Source of the DNA: an uncultured delta proteobacterium
GTDB lineage: Bacteria > Myxococcota_A > Polyangia > Polyangiales > Houyiibacteriaceae
Reading direction: 5' to 3'
Length of the DNA stretch: 64,000 bases
Assembly (NCBI GenBank): GCA_963699755.1
Contig: CAVOVB010000001.1
Span: 128,001 to 192,000, forward strand
Position numbers and translations under genes: made by a program. Under the pieces are notes generated by a model that was not told the DNA's origin, ran no database searches, and saw only the letters and a program-made list of their open reading frames with translations. Below, in pieces: positions 57,823 through 64,000 of this stretch. Every line of letters starts with the position of its first letter. The first letter of the stretch is position 1.

Positions 57823-58639
57823 TGTGCGCCGCAATGGAACAGTCTGCAGTGACGATGGGATCGCTGTCGGCTTTGGCCAAGCCCACCTTGGGACCGATTT
57901 GGCTTCGAACCGTGATCAAGCGCCCACGGTTCTCCGTCCGCGAGCGCAAGACCAGCTTGTCCTTTGCGAGGTCCCAGAGAAACACGTCGACTGGATCTTG
58001 CAGTCTGCTCTGGCCCTGCACAAGCAAGAGCAAGAAGTAGTCGACGGGCACCAGCTCTTCGAGGGAAGGGAGCTCGCGTTCAATCGCCCGCGCCAGTTGC
58101 TCTTCCCGAACGGAGAGTCGCTGCATGTCGTTGGTATCGTGGACGCGTTCTAGCCACTTGGCAGTCAGAACTTCAGGTACCTCAGAGAGCGCCGACAGTG
58201 GTGTCAGCTCAAGTCCCAGACACGGACCGATGGCGTCCACCTCCTCGGAGTGGATCGCCGCGCGCAATGTCTCCTCGGAAGCAAGCTCGGGCGCCCGCAC
58301 CTTGAGGTAGACCACCGTCTTTTCGTGCAGAGCAGAAGGGGCCACCGGGGCCTCCACCAGACGGTTCGCCGCCCCGGATTTCGCATCAAGCGCCTTTCTT
58401 TCGAGGCTGCTCCGTGTAGCCTCGAGCTCGTCGAGGACCGGCGCGACTCGTTCAGCATGTTGCGCCTCGATTCGGTCTCTGAGCTCATCGGCGCGGACCT
58501 TCTGGCGCCAGAAGTAAGCCCCGGCGGACATTCCGACGACCAGAAGCAACACGCCGATGCGCGACCACGGAACAGGTGGCCGGTATCGGTTCGTACGAAC
58601 GCCGTCGAACTCGGCAGGAGTGAGCTCTGATGGCTCCAT
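57773..58639 (-). CDS. Hypothetical single-TM membrane protein
   Basis: N-terminal TM IGVLLLVVGMSAGAYFW; host-like codon use. Confidence 0.75.
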   Translation of the reverse strand: MEPSELTPAEFDGVRTNRYRPPVPWSRIGVLLLVVGMSAGAYFWRQKVRADELRDRIEAQHAERVAPVLDELEATRSSLERKALDAKSGAANRLVEAPVAPSALHEKTVVYLKVRAPELASEETLRAAIHSEEVDAIGPCLGLELTPLSALSEVPEVLTAKWLERVHDTNDMQRLSVREEQLARAIERELPSLEELVPVDYFLLLLVQGQSRLQDPVDVFLWDLAKDKLVLRSRTENRGRLITVRSQIGPKVGLAKADSDPIVTADCSIAAHIKAQLGEPTMDLATPD

Positions 58640-58663
58640 GCGGCGAAGCTTACTGAAACCTGG

Positions 58664-59197
58664 TTACTCGCGCTGGTTCACGGCGAAGCTGACGTTGCCG
58701 TAACCCGCGGCGGCAGCCGAGAACATGACCTTCTTCACGACTCGGAAGTCGATGTTGCGGTCCGCCTGCACGATGACTTGGCCTGCGAACGGCTCCGATG
58801 GATGAATCGTCTCCCACTTCCGCTTCTCCGTTTCGAGACCGGCAATGAGTGGTTCGATTCGGTCGACCTGTGCGGACTGCCCCTGGGTCTGAGTGTCGGC
58901 AACCCGGGTGCCATCGAGCGTAATCACGCGTTCGTCGACGGCAATGATTGGCGAGATTTCGATCTGCGCGGTGTTCTTCGCATCCGGCATCGTGATGGTG
59001 GGCTGCTGCGCGACCAGCTCGCCCGAAGCGGAGAACGACATGAGCAGGAAGATCACGAGGACGATCAGGAAGTCGATGAACGGAATGAGCGGAATCTGGT
59101 GGTCCACCGACTTGCGAGCATGACCCGAGACGCGGTCACGCACGAACTTCAGCGGAATGTGACGGAGCAGCTCTGGTTCTGGCCGTTTGATCGCCAT
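58664..59197 (-). CDS. ExbD/TolR family protein
   Basis: LIPFIDFLIVL TM with Asp; QADR...VKKVM. Confidence 0.9.
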   Translation of the reverse strand: MAIKRPEPELLRHIPLKFVRDRVSGHARKSVDHQIPLIPFIDFLIVLVIFLLMSFSASGELVAQQPTITMPDAKNTAQIEISPIIAVDERVITLDGTRVADTQTQGQSAQVDRIEPLIAGLETEKRKWETIHPSEPFAGQVIVQADRNIDFRVVKKVMFSAAAAGYGNVSFAVNQRE

Positions 59198-59206
59198 GGT
59201 TTCCCC

Positions 59207-59698
59207 CTACAGGAACGCAGCTCCGTCGGCCATCGACAGGGTGGTGAAGCCCGCCGCAGCCGCGACATCCATTGCACGAATGACGTCCTCATACCGAACG
59301 CCGTCTTCGGGTGCGACGATCAAGTCGTCCCGCTTGTCCCAGGCCTGCTTCCATTGCCCAAGCTTGGTTTGCAACTCGTCGAGGTCGAACTCCTTCTGGT
59401 CGGCTACGGCGCGCTTGCTGATGTCGATGCTCTCCCCTGCGGAAGACCCCAGCACATAGCCGGAGTTCCGCACCTGCAGGATGAGCTTCACTTTTTCGTC
59501 CTCGGGGGGTGCATCTTCGGTCGAAGCCTGCCCCGGAACCTGCTGGTTGGCGTTCAGCGCGGCGAGCTGGTTCCAAACAGCGGTGGCCAGCAAGAACATG
59601 ACGCAGCAAAGCAAGAGGTCGATGAACGGAATCAGGGGGATCTCCTGATTGACCGACTTCTTCCCGGAGTTGCCTCCGCCACTATCGATTGCAGCCAT
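59207..59698 (-). CDS. ExbD/TolR family protein
   Basis: LIPFIDLLL TM with Asp; YEDVIRAMD. Confidence 0.9.
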   Translation of the reverse strand: MAAIDSGGGNSGKKSVNQEIPLIPFIDLLLCCVMFLLATAVWNQLAALNANQQVPGQASTEDAPPEDEKVKLILQVRNSGYVLGSSAGESIDISKRAVADQKEFDLDELQTKLGQWKQAWDKRDDLIVAPEDGVRYEDVIRAMDVAAAAGFTTLSMADGAAFL

Positions 59699-59706
59699 TG
59701 GGCCCG

Positions 59707-60357
59707 TTACTCCGCGGGAATGTTCTGAAGGTCGACCTTAGAGCGGTTACCGACGACGAGGTTGAGAACCTGCACGGTAGCCGCGTTGATGTCGTCGATG
59801 ATCTTCTGGGTCTTGCCGTTGAGAAGGCCCATCATCAGAAGCGCAAAGACCGCCGTAATGAGACCGAACGCGGTACAGTTCATCGCTTCCTCGATGCCCT
59901 TCGCCAAGCCCGTTGCCTTGCTGGCGGCATCGGCTTTGGCGACTTCACCGAACGCTGTGATGAGACCTACAACCGTTCCAAACAGACCGCAGAGCATGCC
60001 AACGTTTGCAAGCAGACCGAGGTACGGCGTGCGCCGTTCGATCAGCGGCAGCTCTTTGAGCGCAGCTTCATCCATGGCCGCCTGAACTTCAGCGTCGGGG
60101 CGGTTCACCTTGAGCAAACCCTGCTTGACGATGCGCGCGAGCGGATTGTGCTCGGCCGAGCAAACCTTGATCGCGCCCGCCACGTCGCCGGCGGTGATGC
60201 ACTTCTGCATCTTTGCGATGAACTCGTCCTTGTCGATCGACGCTTTGTAGAGATACATCGCTCGCTCGATCGTGAACCCGATTGAGAACACCAGACAAAT
60301 GAGGATTAGCCACATCGCCCATCCGCCTGCTTCAAAGTGGTATGCCAAACTGGCCAT
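59707..60357 (-). CDS. MotA/TolQ/ExbB proton channel protein
   Basis: GLFGTVVGLITAF, EAMNCTAFGL. Confidence 0.93.
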   Translation of the reverse strand: MASLAYHFEAGGWAMWLILICLVFSIGFTIERAMYLYKASIDKDEFIAKMQKCITAGDVAGAIKVCSAEHNPLARIVKQGLLKVNRPDAEVQAAMDEAALKELPLIERRTPYLGLLANVGMLCGLFGTVVGLITAFGEVAKADAASKATGLAKGIEEAMNCTAFGLITAVFALLMMGLLNGKTQKIIDDINAATVQVLNLVVGNRSKVDLQNIPAE

Positions 60358-60790
60358 TTCTTACTGCCTCCTGCGAACTTTACTTCGACAGTGTTATCCG
60401 GACCCCGAGTGAGTACGGGTCGATCCCCAGCACTGTCTTCTGACTAAAACTCGCTGTTCCCCCCAGAACAATAAGCAATTCCGTAGCTTGCTTACTATAT
60501 AAGGATGATAACGGTTGGATCCAGCAAGTCAACATCGTGCCCGGCTCAGGTCCTTAGAAACCAGGACCCGCGCTGAGCTTGGGTTCGAAAGCCGGAAAAA
60601 GCTGTAGTCGCGTTGACAACTTCGCGGGGGCTGGGTTAGCTTGCCCCTCGATCAAGGGGTGCGCCCCGACAGTCGTAATGATTTCAACGGATTCCAGCTT
60701 TCGGGGTCCGAATTTCAGTGTGGCTGAAGGGTAGCGAGAGACCAGGGGTTTTCTCGTCGAATCAACGGCGAGCCGGAGGGAGCCGCAAGC

Positions 60791-61423
60791 ATGCATGAAA
60801 TCTGGGAGGCGATGTACGAGGGGTTCCCCTTTTCGTTCATCAATCTCGGTGTTTTGGCTTTTGGGGTGGGCATCATCATCGATCGCGCCTGGTACATCCG
60901 GATGAACTACAGCGTCGATGCGACCGAATTCATGAACCGAATTCGCAAGCTGGTGCAGGCGGGGAACATCGATCGCGCGATTCGACAATGCGAGGCGAAG
61001 GCCGTGCCGCTGCTCGAGGTGGTGAAGTCCGGGCTGACGCAGGTCAACCGCGGCGAGGAAGCCGTAATCGCTTCGATGGAAGAAAAGATGAGCGAGGTGA
61101 TCCCTGCACTCGAGAAGCGCACGGGCGCCCTCTGGACCCTAGCCAACATCGCCACCTTGATCGGGCTGCTCGGGACGATCAGCGGTCTCATTCGTGCCTT
61201 CAAGGCGGTCGGCACCATCGACGACCCTTCGCAAAAAACCGCGCTGCTCTCGGCCGGTATCGCAGAGGCCATGTGGAACACCTTTCTCGGTCTTCTGATC
61301 GCGGTGATCTTCATGGTTGCTCATCTGGTGCTCCATGGGCTCACCAAGCGGCACAAGCACGAGATGGAAAAGGTCACGATGCAGCTCGAGAATCTGCTCA
61401 CGCTGCGCCGGCAAGGCGGTTGA
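60791..61423 (+). CDS. MotA/TolQ/ExbB proton channel protein (AglR-like)
   Basis: GLLGTISGLIRAF, GIAEAMWNT. Confidence 0.93.
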   Translation: MHEIWEAMYEGFPFSFINLGVLAFGVGIIIDRAWYIRMNYSVDATEFMNRIRKLVQAGNIDRAIRQCEAKAVPLLEVVKSGLTQVNRGEEAVIASMEEKMSEVIPALEKRTGALWTLANIATLIGLLGTISGLIRAFKAVGTIDDPSQKTALLSAGIAEAMWNTFLGLLIAVIFMVAHLVLHGLTKRHKHEMEKVTMQLENLLTLRRQGG

Positions 61424-61435
61424 TCGGGCTCAGCC

Positions 61436-61993
61436 ATGCCCGCACGACTAACCCCACGCCAACGAGCCTACGTCCGGAAGCGAACCCGCATTCCCGACCT
61501 CGATCCGTCCGAGACGAGTGACGAGCTGAACATCGTTCCGTTCTTGGATATCGTCGTGAACATCGTCATGTTCTTGTTGATGACCTTGACCACGATCGCT
61601 TTCTTCTCGCAGGTCGAAGCGGCACTTCCCGAGTATCGCAAGGGTGGCATCGGCAAGCGCGCAGCAGCGGATGAGGCGCTCAACTTGAACGTCACGGTGA
61701 CGCGTGAAGGGATCGTCGTCTCTGGCTCGGGCGGCAAGCTCGCGCGGGGATGTACGACCACTGCACCTGGCAAGGTCATCACCGTACCCGCAGGGATGAA
61801 CGGCGAGCACGACTGGAAAGCACTCACCACCTGTGTCCGTCGCGTGAAGGAGCAGTTCGAAGACGAAACCCGGGTCACGCTCAGTGCTGACCCCGAAGTT
61901 CCGTATGAAGACCTGATCGCAGCCATGGACGCTGTCCGCGGCGACGAGAACGACCTCTTCCCGGAGGTGTTGCTCTCTGCGGGGATTCGATAG
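61436..61993 (+). CDS. ExbD/TolR family protein (AglQ-like)
   Basis: ELNIVPFLDIVVN; YEDLIAAMD. Confidence 0.9.
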   Translation: MPARLTPRQRAYVRKRTRIPDLDPSETSDELNIVPFLDIVVNIVMFLLMTLTTIAFFSQVEAALPEYRKGGIGKRAAADEALNLNVTVTREGIVVSGSGGKLARGCTTTAPGKVITVPAGMNGEHDWKALTTCVRRVKEQFEDETRVTLSADPEVPYEDLIAAMDAVRGDENDLFPEVLLSAGIR

Positions 61994-62595
61994 TGGCAAC
62001 CGAAAGCACTAGGCCGTCACGCCCGTCGATCGCACCTCCCGTCGCGGAAAAGTCCGTTTCGATGTCGTATGTGAACCGGGTCGTGCGCGCCAAGCTGCGT
62101 CGCCGCGGCGAGCCCGAGCACTTCGGGCTCAACATCTACCCGATGATGGACATGCTCACGATCCTCCTGGTCTACATGATGGCGATCTTCGCGACGTCGT
62201 CAGCGGCGGCTGTTCAAGAGAGCAGCGAGCTGCGCATCCCCTACTCCACCTCGAAGGTCGAGCTCAGCGACGCACTCTCGGTTCAGATTTCGCGCAGCGG
62301 GGTGGTGGTGGATGGCAAGTCGGTGCTCGAGCTTCGCAATGGCATCGTCGACCCGAGCCTCAAGCAAGGCGGCAGCAGCGGCTTTTTGATCATGCCCCTC
62401 TACAAGGCCCTCAGTGAAATCCGCGACCGGAAGAAGCGAACGGCACAGCGCTTCGCAAACCAGCCGTTCGTCGGTGACGTCCAGATCATCGCAGACAAAC
62501 GAACCCCGTACCGAACCCTGAGCGAGGTGATTTACACTCTCGGGCAGACCGAGTTTAAGAATTTGCGGTTCGTGGCTAATAAGAAAACGCAGTAG
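61993..62595 (+). CDS. ExbD/TolR family protein (AglS-like)
   Basis: LNIYPMMDMLTIL; IADKRTPY. Confidence 0.9.
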   Translation: MATESTRPSRPSIAPPVAEKSVSMSYVNRVVRAKLRRRGEPEHFGLNIYPMMDMLTILLVYMMAIFATSSAAAVQESSELRIPYSTSKVELSDALSVQISRSGVVVDGKSVLELRNGIVDPSLKQGGSSGFLIMPLYKALSEIRDRKKRTAQRFANQPFVGDVQIIADKRTPYRTLSEVIYTLGQTEFKNLRFVANKKTQ

Positions 62596-62663
62596 GCCCG
62601 ATCGGGGCGCGTTCCTCCGTACGGAGCCAGCAAGACAGGTTCTAAGAGACCGCCTTAAGCCAT

Positions 62664-62738
62664 GCGCGGCAGCGCGAGCCCGAAGGGCGAAGCCCGGTGC
62701 GAATGCGCCGGCAAGGCAGAGCGAAGCGAATGCCGCGC
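62664..62738. repeat. Palindromic REP/MITE-like multi-hairpin element
   Basis: GCGCGGCA/TGCCGCGC outer IR enclosing GCCCGAAGGGC, CCGGTGC..GCGCCGG and GCGAAGC hairpins. Confidence 0.5.
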
Positions 62739-62879
62739 TGGGGAGCGTGACGGGTGGGGGGCGGGCGAGGCGGTGTCAACGAGCCGTACGACGCGACCCA
62801 CCCAAGATCCGACCCCCAAACACCCGCGGCAGCCGAGCCGTTCGACGTAGCCCGTGTCGCGCTTTTTTCCGCGCCCCGG

Positions 62880-63998
62880 TTAAAGCTCGAAGTCCCCGTA
62901 CTCGAGAATCTCAGCGATCCGGTACAAGAACCCATTGGCATGCACCCCATCGACGACACGATGGTCGTAGGTCAGCGCCATGTGCATGACCGGGTGAATC
63001 GCCATGACATCTTCGCCCTCGTGCTCGATCACTACCACGCGTTTCTTGATTGTGCCGAGACGGAGGATTGCGACGTTGGGCTGTGAGATGATCGCGCCGC
63101 CAACCAGGTTGCCCCGGCGGCCTGGGTTAGAGATCGTGAACGTCTTGCCGGCAAGGTCGTTCGGCGTGAGGTTGCCCGAGCGTGCTCGCTCGGCGACATC
63201 AGCCACGGCACGGGCGACGCCTCGAATCGTTAGGTCGTCGGTGTTTCGAATCACGGGCACGACCAGGCCTTCATCGGTGTCGACCGCGATGCCAACGTTG
63301 ACCTCGGCTAGCTTGACAAACGCGTCATCGAGGACACGCGAGTTGATTTCCGGGAACTCGCGCAGAGCCCGAGCTGTCGCCGCGATCGCGAAGGCGAGGT
63401 AGGTGAGGTTGACGCCTTCCTTCTTGAAGTGCGATTTGTGCTGGTCTCGCAGCATCGCGGTCCGATGAAGGTCACATTCGGCAAAGGTGACCACGTCGGG
63501 GGCGGTCTGCTTCGAGAAGACCATGTGGTCCGCAATGATTCGGCGGCGGCGGGTAAACGGGACGATCTCGTCGCCAGCCTTTGGAACATAGGGGGGCAGG
63601 CGAAACGCTCCAGATGGACCGGCACCTCGCGCGGGCGCTGGCGCGGGCCTAGCCGCAGGCGGTGATACGGCGGGCGGAGGAGGAGGCGCGGTCGCCATCC
63701 GTTCGGACCCGGGAGCGCTCGAGATCGCCGCCATCACGTCGTCATGCATGATTCGGCCGCTCTCGCCGGAGCCTTGGATACGGGCAAGGTCGACTTCTTT
63801 CTCCCGCGCGAGCTTTCGCACAGAGGGCGACGTCACCGGAGACGCGCCGCCATCGCTGGAGACCGGCCCCTGGTCGGCAACGGGTGCGGGGCCCGCGACG
63901 GCCTGGGCGTTCTCCTCGATCTCGCAGATCGGATCGCCGACCGCGATGATGTCGTCCTCGCCGGCGAGGAGCTGAGTCACGACTCCCGCGACGGGCGC
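62880..63998 (-). CDS. 2-oxo-acid dehydrogenase E2 (dihydrolipoamide acyltransferase), 5'-truncated by window edge
   Basis: End of lipoyl domain, SPSVRKLARE E3-binding domain, TFTISNPG, YDHRVVDG. Confidence 0.93.
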   Translation of the reverse strand, partial: APVAGVVTQLLAGEDDIIAVGDPICEIEENAQAVAGPAPVADQGPVSSDGGASPVTSPSVRKLAREKEVDLARIQGSGESGRIMHDDVMAAISSAPGSERMATAPPPPPAVSPPAARPAPAPARGAGPSGAFRLPPYVPKAGDEIVPFTRRRRIIADHMVFSKQTAPDVVTFAECDLHRTAMLRDQHKSHFKKEGVNLTYLAFAIAATARALREFPEINSRVLDDAFVKLAEVNVGIAVDTDEGLVVPVIRNTDDLTIRGVARAVADVAERARSGNLTPNDLAGKTFTISNPGRRGNLVGGAIISQPNVAILRLGTIKKRVVVIEHEGEDVMAIHPVMHMALTYDHRVVDGVHANGFLYRIAEILEYGDFEL

Positions 63999-64000
63999 CG

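Noticed and set aside
62781..62830. Group II intron domain V (GAGCCGTA... start)
   Set aside because: The complementary 3' arm of domain V is absent and there is no RT/maturase gene

Overview
GC-rich bacterial DNA, most likely Myxococcota (inferred from a MYXO-CTERM-like tail, a TIGR04552-like gene and Agl-type TolQ/TolR operons). Bases 1-~8440 are the right part of an element integrated at the 3' end of a tRNA-Ser(TGA) gene. All its genes are on the + strand: VapE/VirE helicase, iteron-like origin, modular surface-protein cargo, lambda-like cos motifs, a lone prohead protease-major capsid fusion, RHH and HTH regulators, an Xis/Nu1-like protein and a tyrosine integrase. No portal, terminase, tail or lysis gene is visible, so it looks like a capsid-encoding phage satellite, but its left end lies outside the window. 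The remaining ~55 kb is host chromosome, rich in fatty-acid/lipid genes (2 FadD, MatB-like, FadIJ, thiolase-FabG4-MaoC), plus prlC, prfC, pip, ettA, speA, moaA, prs, a SpoIVB(S55)/beta-propeller pair, two divergent TolQ-TolR-TolR operons and an E2 acyltransferase. Notable host oddities: a full-length Lon lacking its catalytic Ser (KDGAAAG) next to a membrane Zn-peptidase gene, a pseudo-receiver, an internally deleted rhodanese, an unannotated 49-aa membrane ORF, and many apparently leaderless genes. Family calls come from motif recognition by eye; no database searches were run.
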